Positions 1 to 9,446 of a DNA stretch of 64,000 nucleotides are shown piece by piece. Position 1 is the stretch's first letter, and each line of letters starts with the position of its first letter. Origin of the DNA: Pseudomonadota bacterium. GTDB lineage: Bacteria; Bdellovibrionota; Bdellovibrionia; Bdellovibrionales; Bdellovibrionaceae. The position numbers and the translations under genes are program-made. The notes under the pieces are model-generated. The model was not told the DNA's origin. It searched no databases and was given only the letters and a program-made list of their open reading frames with translations. The stretch is from assembly GCA_041178425.1 (NCBI GenBank), contig JBEGVH010000006.1, positions 192,001 through 256,000 of the forward strand, given 5' to 3'.

Positions 1-768
1 TAATGAACTCTGGTTCGTTGAACTTCCGTTGGATATACCAGCGCTAAGAGTCGCTGTGACGGGGGCCACTTGCGCGGTCCATGCCGAGCACGTCGCTTCG
101 GCGCCCACATTGCCAGCTCTGTCTATAGATCTTATTTTAAAAAAGTATTGGGTTCCATTCGACAGAGATAGCCCTGTTAATCGAGAGCCTGACTGAAAAG
201 AAGTCCAATCCTGCACCACTGAATTGTCAGTGAATTGAATCAATTGAATCTCATTCCTCGCCCAACCACTAATAGCATCACTGCCAGGTGTTAAAAGCAA
301 AGTGGGTGATTCTTGAAGAGTGTTTTCGGGAAATCCACTCGCCAAGCAAATCGGAGCTGCGGGCCCGGTAATGTCGTACTGAATTGAAAATTCATTCGAC
401 GCACTATTGGTGTCGTTCAGAGGGTTGGTCGCCGCGTCTCCACTCACTACAACCGTTTGCTTGCCCTCGATAACTGGCACTAATTCGAAAGTGTAAACAG
501 AATCAGAAACTTTGGTAAAATGGTTGAGCTGCCCACCACCCAAAGTTACTTTGATATCGCTGCTCTCAAATCCTTCAATATTCTCACTGAACGTCACAGT
601 AAGGGGAATCTCCCCTCGGTTCGTATAATTGGATTCAGTAGAAGTCAGAGTGGTTGAAATAATTTTTAATGAAGGGGTGTCAACAGAGGCACTGAATTCA
701 CACCCAAGGGTGAGGGTGAGTAAAATGAGGTACACACAATTAAAAACAAAACCCTGCTTTTTTAACAT
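1..768 (-). CDS. Lipoprotein with bacterial Ig-like domain(s); runs off the window start
   Basis: Not in the ORF track; translated by hand from ATG 768: MLKKQGFVFNCVYLILLTLTLGC (lipobox), then IPLTVTFSENIEGFESSDIKV...YTFELVP...FSIQYDITGPAAP, a typical Big-domain pattern. Confidence 0.7.
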   Translation of the reverse strand, partial: MLKKQGFVFNCVYLILLTLTLGCEFSASVDTPSLKIISTTLTSTESNYTNRGEIPLTVTFSENIEGFESSDIKVTLGGGQLNHFTKVSDSVYTFELVPVIEGKQTVVVSGDAATNPLNDTNSASNEFSIQYDITGPAAPICLASGFPENTLQESPTLLLTPGSDAISGWARNEIQLIQFTDNSVVQDWTSFQSGSRLTGLSLSNGTQYFFKIRSIDRAGNVGAEATCSAWTAQVAPVTATLSAGISNGSSTNQSSL

Positions 769-905
769 AAATATTGATTATTTATCGACAAAAAAGCCTT
801 TCAACTTTAGTCTGTGCGCAGAGATTATCAAAAAAAGACACTATTGTTTCAACTTAAAGCAAATCATCCCTCACCGACAAAGAAATCTAGGTTTTTTGCG
901 AGATT

Positions 906-1976
906 TTACTTCAATATCAGTGTCTCACCGAGTTTCGGTAGAAAGAATGCATCCGCAGAAAGATTGGCCTTTTGCAACTCTTCACGAAGAGCCTTTCGGG
1001 GTTCATCAAAACCCTCATCAGTTAGCTGAAACACTTCAAAATGAATGGCAAAACTTTTTTTGCAGTTTAAATCGAGGTGAGCCTTAACGGCATCTTCGGG
1101 ATTCATGTGTTGATCTTTCATAAAGGAGCGGGGCTCATAGGCACCAATAGGTAAAAGACTCAATTCGATGTCACCCACTCTGTCTTTGATCATTTTAAAG
1201 TGCGGTCCATACCCTGTATCGCCGGCAAAATAGACTTTTCTGCCAGACATTGTGAGCACAAAACCACCCCACAGAGCTAAATTGCGATCACCCACTCCGC
1301 GAGCCGACCAGTGCTGTGCTGGCACGAGCTGAACAGGACCCAGCGATTGCCACCAATCAAGCTCTGTAATACCCTCAATGCCCTCGTCTCTTAGAAATTT
1401 GGCATTTCCAAGAGGAACAATAAACTGCGGATGAAATCGCTCATAAAGAGCTTTAAGACTAGGAAGATCCATATGATCGTAGTGATTGTGGCTCACCACC
1501 ACATAGTCCACCGCCGGCAATTGCTCAATGGTCACCGCCGGCTTTTGATGACGTCGTGGACCAGCAAATGTCACGGGGCTTGCCCGTTCGCTGAATTGCG
1601 GATCGGTTAAAACCGAAATATTTTCATCTTGAATGTAAGTCGTCGCATGTCCGATGGCTGTAATATGAATACTCGCTGCCTTCCCTTGATCAACAAGGAC
1701 GGGGATCGCGGTGCCTGCTGAGGCGTTTGCAGGCCATTCTGTTGCGCTTCCCGAAAGCTTCCACTTTAAAACATCCCAAAGAGTTTTTGTATTGTTTGCC
1801 CCCCAGGGGTTAAAAAATTTTTCTCCATCAAAATGATCCGATCGAGATGGCATAACAACCCCTCCTCGTGACGAACAAGCATTGAGAGTTAAAGCAAAAA
1901 ATAAGAGAGTTTTAAAAAATCTAGTGTTCACAAAACTTTTTTTAACTCTTTGGGGCTTGAATAGGCTCGTCGGCAA
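906..1976 (-). CDS. MBL-fold metallo-hydrolase (NAPE-PLD/RomA-like), probable lipoprotein
   Basis: SHNHYDHMD, GHAT, PAQHWSAR, YFAGDTGY and PIGAYEP motifs; LNAC lipobox-like. Start codon uncertain. Confidence 0.85.
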   Translation of the reverse strand: MPTSLFKPQRVKKSFVNTRFFKTLLFFALTLNACSSRGGVVMPSRSDHFDGEKFFNPWGANNTKTLWDVLKWKLSGSATEWPANASAGTAIPVLVDQGKAASIHITAIGHATTYIQDENISVLTDPQFSERASPVTFAGPRRHQKPAVTIEQLPAVDYVVVSHNHYDHMDLPSLKALYERFHPQFIVPLGNAKFLRDEGIEGITELDWWQSLGPVQLVPAQHWSARGVGDRNLALWGGFVLTMSGRKVYFAGDTGYGPHFKMIKDRVGDIELSLLPIGAYEPRSFMKDQHMNPEDAVKAHLDLNCKKSFAIHFEVFQLTDEGFDEPRKALREELQKANLSADAFFLPKLGETLILK

Positions 1977-2355
1977 TTAATTTGCCCTCACGAAAATACC
2001 AGACTCCTTTTTGCTGACGAAATTTACTCAGCTCATGATGCGTCGACGTGACACCCGTTTTTAGATCTTTAAAGTGCGCCCTAAATTCAACGAGGGCTTT
2101 GTTTGCTTCTTGCTTCGCATTTAAAACTTCAAGGCGGGTAAACTCCACTGACCCCGCCCAATCGGAATTACTTTTAAGATCAAATTGATCTCGGGTTTGC
2201 GGATCATGTGTATTGAATAAATAGATCATGTTTTTAACAACGAACGCTGAGTATCTAGATCGCATCAGCTTCTCGGCTGTGTTCGGAACGGCGCCCTGGT
2301 CGATATACTCACCACAACATTTTTCATAATCAAGATCGGTACCGCAATAGCACAT
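1942..2355 (-). CDS. ychJ: YchJ family (SEC-C motif/NTF2-like) protein
   Basis: CYCG...CC zinc motif, AEKLMRSRYSAF, VEFRA and HHELSKF...WYF. Confidence 0.85.
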   Translation of the reverse strand: MCYCGTDLDYEKCCGEYIDQGAVPNTAEKLMRSRYSAFVVKNMIYLFNTHDPQTRDQFDLKSNSDWAGSVEFTRLEVLNAKQEANKALVEFRAHFKDLKTGVTSTHHELSKFRQQKGVWYFREGKLIADEPIQAPKS

Positions 2356-2371
2356 AGTCAGACTCCACGTT

Positions 2372-3556
2372 TCAAATACGAACTTTAGAAATGTTTTTAT
2401 TGAGTTTTTGTAATCCATCAAGAACCGGCTTTGCAACACCTGAGTCGATCAGATACTTTCCGGCCGGATTATAGATGTACTCAAAGGGATGTCTTTGGCC
2501 CGACGGGCATTTTTTAGTTTTACTTCGGATGCACGGGTGCGCCGCTGCGCCGCTGATTTGTTGATGAGCTTCAGTTAAGGTACTTTGTGGTAAAAACAAA
2601 TATTCAGCGACTCGCTGAATAAAACTTTCGAGAAAACCTTCGGAGCCAATACTTGCTAGAGTTCGTTTTGTGAGAGGCCCATTGAGTTTGCGAACACCGT
2701 CGGCCCCGTGAAGTCGAACGTTAAGAATCTGCATTTCGCCTATTTCGGTTCTTCGAGCGATCTCTTTGAAAGACAGCGGACGATAAAAATCAGAGGAGAC
2801 TCTTGATGTCCATTTACTAACCTTGGGATCGATTTTTGGAAGCTTAACCAGACTCTCTCTCGCTTTTTGAATAATGGCCACAAAGGCCAAACTCTGATGA
2901 AGGCCTAATTTTTCACGATCGAGAGAAGCCACAAAAAAATCGTTGATGGCAACGAGCTCTTCTACAACCCGTTCTCCTTGGCCAATCGTCATCCATAAGG
3001 AGAGTTGATGCAATTTCCAGCGAGTCATCTTTAGAAGGGCAAGCAAAGGGAGCTCTTTGAGAGCCAAGGGGTTACGACATTCGGCGCCCTTTAATTGCAC
3101 GAGCTGATCAAACCGTTGGAGATAAAGTTCTTTTTCAGCCAATTCTCCTCGAACCGTTCTGATCGACTCTTTTGGAAGGAGGCAGGGATCTTTGCAGCCT
3201 TCAATTTTTGAAAAATCGCCTTTGATTTCTTTGGGAACCTGATAAAACTGTTCATTGTTCATGAGTGAGAGTAGCCTCTCGCCTTCAATTTGAAAATTAA
3301 GCTCAGGCGCAACCGCGATACCAAGAAGACTTCCACATTCCTTTTTAGAAAGGAGATCCTCGTCCGTTGACCGAGTTAAAATTTCGAGGGTTTTTTTATC
3401 AACGGGAGTGTCGTAATGATTAAGAGTAGTCAGAGCAAAAACGCCCGCGAACGCCATGATTCCTAAAACCCACAAAAAGTTTACTATTCGTGTTTTCATT
3501 GGGCCCCTCAACATCCTTGTTAATGCAGGTCTTTTGAACATAGACAACAGCTTCAT
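2372..3556 (-). CDS. Hypothetical membrane-anchored exported protein
   Basis: 394-aa ORF with one N-terminal hydrophobic helix and paired Cys; no family recognised. Confidence 0.6.
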   Translation of the reverse strand: MKLLSMFKRPALTRMLRGPMKTRIVNFLWVLGIMAFAGVFALTTLNHYDTPVDKKTLEILTRSTDEDLLSKKECGSLLGIAVAPELNFQIEGERLLSLMNNEQFYQVPKEIKGDFSKIEGCKDPCLLPKESIRTVRGELAEKELYLQRFDQLVQLKGAECRNPLALKELPLLALLKMTRWKLHQLSLWMTIGQGERVVEELVAINDFFVASLDREKLGLHQSLAFVAIIQKARESLVKLPKIDPKVSKWTSRVSSDFYRPLSFKEIARRTEIGEMQILNVRLHGADGVRKLNGPLTKRTLASIGSEGFLESFIQRVAEYLFLPQSTLTEAHQQISGAAAHPCIRSKTKKCPSGQRHPFEYIYNPAGKYLIDSGVAKPVLDGLQKLNKNISKVRI

Positions 3557-3627
3557 TGTACCGATATTCTTCTCTTTTTAAACAAAAAAACATAGCCTTT
3601 GCTGGAGTTCCTTGTTTATAAACACCT

Positions 3628-4374
3628 ATGACTTTAGACGAAAAATCCTCGCACATTGTTTATTCTGATGGCGCTTGTTCAGGCAACCCAGGTATTGGTG
3701 GCTGGGCTTTCATCCACTGGACCCCCAACAACATGGTTCGAGAGGGATCAGGCTGCGATCCCTCCACCACTAATAACCGTATGGAGATGACTGGCGCTCT
3801 AGAGGCTCTTCGATCGATTCCTCGAGGGGAATCAATCATTGTACTCACAGACTCTGTTTATTTAATTCGTGGTATTACCCAGTGGATTTTTGGCTGGCAA
3901 CGACGTGGTTGGAAGAACGCAGAAGGCAAAGACGTTCTCAATAAGGACATTTGGGAAGAGCTTGCTCGCGCTTGTCGAGATAAAAAAATTGAGTGGCGTT
4001 ATGTGCGAGGTCACACAGGAATCGCTGGCAATGAAAGGGTCGATGAATTGGCGGTTGCCCAGTCGCAAAGACGCCCTCTTGCTGGTTATTCCGGGCCCTA
4101 CTCTGGGTATCGCGTGGCGATTCTCCCATTGCCGGAGAAAGTGGCTATTCCTGAAATGAAAAAGCAAAATGGGGCAACGAGCGACAAATCAAAAACTTTT
4201 TACTTAAGCATGGTCAATGGCGTTGTGGAGCAACATTCCACGTGGGATCAATGTCAGTCTCGGGTTAAGGGAGTTTCTCAGGCTAAATTTAAAAAGGTTC
4301 AATCAGACCAAGAAGCCCAAGACGTTCTTAAAGCTTGGGGGGCGGCAACGTCTCAGACAACTCTGAAGAGGTGA
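3628..4374 (+). CDS. rnhA: Ribonuclease HI with C-terminal hybrid-binding (Cauli_VI/viroplasmin-like) domain
   Basis: YSDGACSGNPG, TTNNRME, TDSVY, W.Y.RGHTG..GNERVD motifs; C-terminal STWDQCQSRVKGVSQAKFKK. Confidence 0.92.
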   Translation: MTLDEKSSHIVYSDGACSGNPGIGGWAFIHWTPNNMVREGSGCDPSTTNNRMEMTGALEALRSIPRGESIIVLTDSVYLIRGITQWIFGWQRRGWKNAEGKDVLNKDIWEELARACRDKKIEWRYVRGHTGIAGNERVDELAVAQSQRRPLAGYSGPYSGYRVAILPLPEKVAIPEMKKQNGATSDKSKTFYLSMVNGVVEQHSTWDQCQSRVKGVSQAKFKKVQSDQEAQDVLKAWGAATSQTTLKR

Positions 4375-5392
4375 TCTCTAAAATCGGATGAGCCACAGTG
4401 ATTCCGGCGGTGCGAAGAGCCGATAAACACTCTCTGATTACGGCATCCGCGGCCGTTGCATATTTGCCGTAGTCGTCGATAGAGTAGATCACTTTTACAA
4501 TCACCCACGAATCAGAAGGCTCTGAAACGAGCGCTATGGGCTTAGGATTTTTGCAAATGTTTGGGACTCGTTCGAGCGCTTGTTTTAAGATTTGAACAGT
4601 GCGATCTAGATCCTCACTATAGGCAATTCTCAGAGACTGAGCTCGAGCAATGGGGATTTCTGGGCGCGTCCAATTGTTTATCTGAGATTGAGCCATAAAA
4701 CGGTTCGGAATATTCACGATCTCATCATAAAGGCCTACTAAAATTGTTGAGCGCCACGTGATCTCTAAAACCTGACCAGTTATTTTTTGAATTCCTGAGG
4801 TGACTTCAATCCAATCGCCAATCTCGAAACTATTATCAATTTGCAAAGAAATTCCCGCAAATAAATTACCAAGCGTGTCTTGAAGAGCCAGACCGAGAAT
4901 AATCGAGAACGCCGCTGACGTGGCGAGCAGTGGTGCTACCTGAATGCCAAAAACGGTTGTGATGAGCCAACCCCCTAAAAAGAGAGAGAGCACAAGAGTA
5001 AAAATATTAACAAGAAGCAAAGGAACAGCGGTTCTCACCGATGTGAGAAATAAATACTGCAACAAAAGAATACGGCAAATTTGAATAAACGTGATGCACC
5101 CTACAATGGCCGTCGCGAGCCCCAGATAAGGAAGCACACGCAAAACCAATGATTCCTCTTTGATGGTGGTGCCAATGGAAAAAGCGGTAAACAGAACTGT
5201 CATCGTGAGAAGTTGTTTATTAAGATTAACAAACCGCGCGTGAAGATTGCGATGACGTTCTTCAGAAAGGCGCTTTAAAAATGATTTGTAAAAAAACCAA
5301 GAAAAAAGAACTAAGACCCAAAGAAGAATGAACACTTCCCATTGAATGAGATTTTCAAGCGGAACAAGGATTTGCAACCAGGGTTTATTCAT
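4328..5392 (-). CDS. MscS family mechanosensitive channel
   Basis: GLALQDTLGNLFAGI, FEIGDWIEV and ITWRST...IPN motifs; several TM helices. Confidence 0.92.
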   Translation of the reverse strand: MNKPWLQILVPLENLIQWEVFILLWVLVLFSWFFYKSFLKRLSEERHRNLHARFVNLNKQLLTMTVLFTAFSIGTTIKEESLVLRVLPYLGLATAIVGCITFIQICRILLLQYLFLTSVRTAVPLLLVNIFTLVLSLFLGGWLITTVFGIQVAPLLATSAAFSIILGLALQDTLGNLFAGISLQIDNSFEIGDWIEVTSGIQKITGQVLEITWRSTILVGLYDEIVNIPNRFMAQSQINNWTRPEIPIARAQSLRIAYSEDLDRTVQILKQALERVPNICKNPKPIALVSEPSDSWVIVKVIYSIDDYGKYATAADAVIRECLSALRTAGITVAHPILEITSSELSETLPPPKL

Positions 5393-5667
5393 AGTCTCTA
5401 TTCTATCGTTTTTTAGATGAAAAAAAACTTAGACTGGACCAACTTAACGGAGCCTATTCGATAGTCTGAGTGGTATCAAAGTTTTTGACAGTGGTTTAGC
5501 AAAAATCGGCCTTGGCATACCTTGGAAAAATTAGGAATCAATTAAATTTATTTAAACTCACACACACAGGTCTTAGGCTTGCACTTTAGCTTAATCACTA
5601 GTCTAAGATCAGCAGGTTTTTTCACCCAGAGAACATCTTATTGGTTTTTAAATATAAGGAGTTTGAT

Positions 5668-6471
5668 ATGAAGTACTGGGTTATCATAAGCTTAATTTTT
5701 GTGAATGCCTTCGCAGAGGCGAAGATTTCTCGTCGATGGAAGCAAAGAGGCGGCAAAGCGACGTACTCAAGAAACTGGAAATCGAACTACTCGAGTCCTA
5801 GTAGAGATGTGCCTCAAATAAAGTGCGATTTACCTGCCACTTCGGCCACGGGTCCGGTTCCGTCTGAGGTAGAGAGTTCTTTGAAAAACCTCGTGGCACA
5901 GGCCAAATCAATGGGAATCAGTCCTACGGCTGTTCGTGACACCACCAATTATTACCGAGAAAACTATGCCCGACTGAAAAACAAATGTTACTTTAGTATT
6001 GTCGATTTTAATATCGTCGATACTAAGAACCGATTCTTTATCTTTGATGTTAAAAATGGATCTATCGAAGCCATCAAAACATCCCAGGGCAGAGGCTCTG
6101 ATAAAAATAACGATGGTTTCGCCGATAGTTTTTCAAACAAATCTGGCAGCAATGCTTCGTCTCTCGGCTTTTATGAAACTGACACTACTTACAAAGGCAA
6201 GCACGGAGTTTCACTCAAGCTCGATGGAAAAAGTCCAGGTTTAAACACCAACGCTAAAAGTCGCGCGGTGGTCATTCACTCTGCAGCCTATGTTCGTGGT
6301 GGGGGCCGCAGCCAAGGTTGCTTTGCGCTTGAAGAGAACAACTTGAGAGAGGTTATCGGAAAACTTAAAAATGGCGCTCTCATCTACGCCTATCACCGAA
6401 GTCTCTCAAACAATGATTTAAACAACCAATATGCGCAAGCTGACACAGAGGGAAACACCGGAACCCTCTAG
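5668..6471 (+). CDS. Murein L,D-transpeptidase catalytic-domain protein (YkuD_2 type), secreted
   Basis: SSLGFY, RAVVIHSAAY and GRSQGCFA (His/Cys pair); signal peptide; AAGGAG RBS before ATG 5668. Confidence 0.85.
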   Translation: MKYWVIISLIFVNAFAEAKISRRWKQRGGKATYSRNWKSNYSSPSRDVPQIKCDLPATSATGPVPSEVESSLKNLVAQAKSMGISPTAVRDTTNYYRENYARLKNKCYFSIVDFNIVDTKNRFFIFDVKNGSIEAIKTSQGRGSDKNNDGFADSFSNKSGSNASSLGFYETDTTYKGKHGVSLKLDGKSPGLNTNAKSRAVVIHSAAYVRGGGRSQGCFALEENNLREVIGKLKNGALIYAYHRSLSNNDLNNQYAQADTEGNTGTL

Positions 6472-6515
6472 AATAGTGCTAGAACATCCCGTCTTTTGAT
6501 CAAGACTTTTATAAA

Positions 6516-6559
6516 AATAAATAAAAAAGGGATTCGGAAGAATCCCTTTTTTATTTATT
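6516..6559. terminator. Bidirectional intrinsic terminator
   Basis: 20-bp inverted repeat AATAAATAAAAAAGGGATTC-GGAA-GAATCCCTTTTTTATTTATT between convergent genes. Confidence 0.85.
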
Positions 6560-6567
6560 CGGCCTAT

Positions 6568-7101
6568 TTAAAGCACTCTGAGAAGGATGTAAGTCATTAG
6601 CGCACCGATGGTGAAATAAGCCAGACCTAAAAAACGTTCTGAATACCCAATTTTATCAGCCTGAGTTCCAGATGCCTCGAGGGCTTGGATTTTTTCTCTG
6701 AGATAGGTGATTTCATGTTTCAATTCTGATGCTTCGTGATCGGAAATTCTTTTGGAGCTGTGCCAATGGCTCGCCAAAAAAACCTGCGGGGTAAAGCCAG
6801 GATTTTTCTCCTGAAGTAGCAAATACCACTGAAGAGCGCGAAAAATATGAGGAGGCGGAGGGGTGATTTTTTTAGTCCAACGAGTCCAGGCTGAAGGATC
6901 GACCATTAAAAGCTGGGAAATTTTTCGTGCCGATAAACCCAGTCGAAACCGAATATCCTCGAGATCTCCGATTTGCGAACGAATAACATCGACCTCAGCT
7001 TCATACGACATTCGATCAGCGGTTTTAGATCGCCATTTTGAGTTGTTTTCGTTAAACCCTAAATGCCCGATTTTTTGTGGTTCGAGATCCATCTTGCCCA
7101 C
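6568..7101 (-). CDS. XRE-like HTH protein with coiled coil and C-terminal TM anchor
   Basis: IRFRLGLSARKISQLLMVDPSAWTRW HTH pattern; hydrophobic C-terminus FLGLAYFTIGALMTYILL. Confidence 0.65.
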   Translation of the reverse strand: MGKMDLEPQKIGHLGFNENNSKWRSKTADRMSYEAEVDVIRSQIGDLEDIRFRLGLSARKISQLLMVDPSAWTRWTKKITPPPPHIFRALQWYLLLQEKNPGFTPQVFLASHWHSSKRISDHEASELKHEITYLREKIQALEASGTQADKIGYSERFLGLAYFTIGALMTYILLRVL

Positions 7102-7425
7102 CTTTTAATCATTTACCATATTGTGAAACGCAATATTTACATGTACAATAGAACATATTTAGTTGTATTTCAAACGACTGCAGCTAATTTGATTCTAAAT
7201 AATATTACGTTACAAAGCAATTTTTATTTACCCCCTGCGGCTACCCTTGTATTTTCAACTTTACCTAAATATTATAGTTATAAGTTTAAGTGCTAAATAT
7301 TTGATATTTAGTCATAAAACGAAATAGGAGTTGGTTTTCTTTTGTTTTACTGAGGCTCACATATAGATAACGCGAGGCGCATTTTGATTTTTCACAATTA
7401 AAATTTCACTCGCGAGGATGAAGCG

Positions 7426-7950
7426 ATGCGCTATAATTTGAATAAAAATAAGTACCTTCTCGACCCTGAAGTTCAAGCACTCGAGTATCTCTTGAAGCGC
7501 CATCAGGACTTGGATCAGAGAAACTGTCTGCTTATATGGGTAGCGTTAAAGACGGGCGCCAGAGCCCAAGAAGTTTTGAACATTCGAGTGAACGACCTTT
7601 CAGCCTACGACCAAACAATTTTTATCCGAGGCCTTAAGGGAAGTAATGATCGAGAGATCCCCGTTCAAAAAGAGGTTTTTCGGCGCCTAGAACTACTCTC
7701 TAATAAACTCTCTTCTCACGATCTCGTGTTTGATATTTCCTACATGAGGCTCTATCAGATTTGGGATCTCTACCGCCCTTGCAAAAAAAGTTTTCATAGC
7801 TTGCGCCATACCTTTGCAATTAACCTTTATAAAAAAACCAGAGACTTGCGACTCGTTCAGGTAGCCCTCGGGCACCGTAACATCAATAACACGATGGTTT
7901 ATGCAGATTACGTCTACTCAAAAGAAGAGCTTAAAAAACTCATCTTATAA
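7426..7950 (+). CDS. Small FimB/FimE-like tyrosine recombinase (catalytic domain only)
   Basis: TGARAQE (R), GLKG (K), HSLRH, LGHRNINNTMVY (H,Y) all intact; 174 aa with no N-terminal core-binding domain. Confidence 0.88.
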   Translation: MRYNLNKNKYLLDPEVQALEYLLKRHQDLDQRNCLLIWVALKTGARAQEVLNIRVNDLSAYDQTIFIRGLKGSNDREIPVQKEVFRRLELLSNKLSSHDLVFDISYMRLYQIWDLYRPCKKSFHSLRHTFAINLYKKTRDLRLVQVALGHRNINNTMVYADYVYSKEELKKLIL

Positions 7951-8028
7951 AAACACTTCGTTGACAACTTTGCCCATTATCCGTCAAGTAAGAGCCTAAC
8001 TCTTTTCTCTAGTAATTAAGGGGGCTTA

Positions 8029-9441
8029 ATGACACTTCCTAATCCAATTAAAGGCCATGTTGCAGTCGTCGAAGACGATAACGAAATGCGAAGCATGCTT
8101 GAGGATTATTTTCGAGCACAAGACTATCAAGTGTCTGCATTTAGTTCTGCTATAGAAGCCCTAGAAAAGCTCCGTCCCATCGATCCACCCGATGTGATTG
8201 TGTCAGATATTCGAATGCCAAAAATGGACGGTCTCGATTTCACCGTAAAAATCAAAGATAAGTTCCCAGAAACTTGCGTTGTTCTAATTACTGCCTTTGG
8301 AAGTATTGAAACAGCAATTGAGGCCATTCGTCGAGGAGCCTACGATTATTTAACAAAACCTTTTAAATTAGCCGGTCTTGAAGTTGTCATCAATAGAGCG
8401 ATAAACTTTCAAAAACTCAAAAAAGAAAACAAACAGCTTCGCGCCATCCAGAGAACCTCCTATGGGGCTCAAGGACTCATTGGCAAAAATCCGGCCATGA
8501 AAGAAGTTTTTGATGTTATGAATCGAGTGGCCCCATCCATGGCCAACATTCTTATTACTGGCGAAGTAGGCACCGGAAAAGAAATGGTGGCTCGAGCGAT
8601 TCATCAATTGAGTCCCCGTGCCGACCAACCTTTTGTGGCGATAAACTGCACATCGATTCCAGAGGCCCTTTTTGAATCAGAGCTTTTTGGTCACGTAAAA
8701 GGCGCCTATCCTGGAGCAAGTCACGATAAAAAAGGCCTTTTCGATGAAGCTTACGGCGGCACCCTCTTTATCGATGAAATTGGCGACCTTGAGCCAACGC
8801 TTCAGGCAAAACTTCTTAGAGCCATTCAAGATCAAAAAATCAAGCCTGTTGGATCAACAGAGCAACACGCTGTCGACGTGAGAATTATCGCTGCCACTCA
8901 CAAGGATCTTCGGCAAGCCATTCGTCTCAATAACTTTCGCGAAGATCTCTATTATCGTTTAGCTGTGGTACCAATCAACATTCCACCCCTACGCTACCGC
9001 CAAGATGATATTCCTGCTTTGACTCAGCACTTTATGGAAAAATACTCGGCAATCAATAATGTGGCCGTGAAAGCCTTTTCGCCTTCGGCTCTTTCAAAAT
9101 TGGTCAACTCTCGTTGGGAGGGGAACGTCCGTGAGCTTGAGAATGTGATAGAAAGAGTGGTCATTCTCGCTAAGCACACTCTCGTTGATGAAAACGATAT
9201 CCAACTCAATGAACAAACAGACACTGATAAATTTTTTGGTAAAGCCATTGAGTCTTATCCGACGATTGAAGATTTAGAGAAAAAATATATCCAGTATATT
9301 CTCGTTAAAACTGGAGGAAAAAAGGAAAAAGCAGCGCAAATCTTAGGAATCAATCGCCGTACCCTCTATCGCAAAGAACGAGAATACGGGCTCGTTGAAG
9401 ATCTTGGTCACGACGTCGAGTTTGAAGGCGACCAAGATTAA
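8029..9441 (+). CDS. NtrC-family response regulator (REC-AAA+-Fis HTH) with altered GAFTGA loop
   Basis: VEDD/SDIRMP receiver, GEVGTGKE, ESELFGHVKGAYPGA, FIDEIG, FREDLYYRL, AAQILGINRRTLYRK. Confidence 0.92.
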   Translation: MTLPNPIKGHVAVVEDDNEMRSMLEDYFRAQDYQVSAFSSAIEALEKLRPIDPPDVIVSDIRMPKMDGLDFTVKIKDKFPETCVVLITAFGSIETAIEAIRRGAYDYLTKPFKLAGLEVVINRAINFQKLKKENKQLRAIQRTSYGAQGLIGKNPAMKEVFDVMNRVAPSMANILITGEVGTGKEMVARAIHQLSPRADQPFVAINCTSIPEALFESELFGHVKGAYPGASHDKKGLFDEAYGGTLFIDEIGDLEPTLQAKLLRAIQDQKIKPVGSTEQHAVDVRIIAATHKDLRQAIRLNNFREDLYYRLAVVPINIPPLRYRQDDIPALTQHFMEKYSAINNVAVKAFSPSALSKLVNSRWEGNVRELENVIERVVILAKHTLVDENDIQLNEQTDTDKFFGKAIESYPTIEDLEKKYIQYILVKTGGKKEKAAQILGINRRTLYRKEREYGLVEDLGHDVEFEGDQD

Positions 9442-9446
9442 CTGCT

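Noticed and set aside
629..1087. 152-aa plus-strand ORF, and the many other short ORFs antisense to or nested in recognised genes
   Set aside because: They overlap well-supported genes on the opposite strand or in another frame and show no motifs; treated as shadow ORFs.
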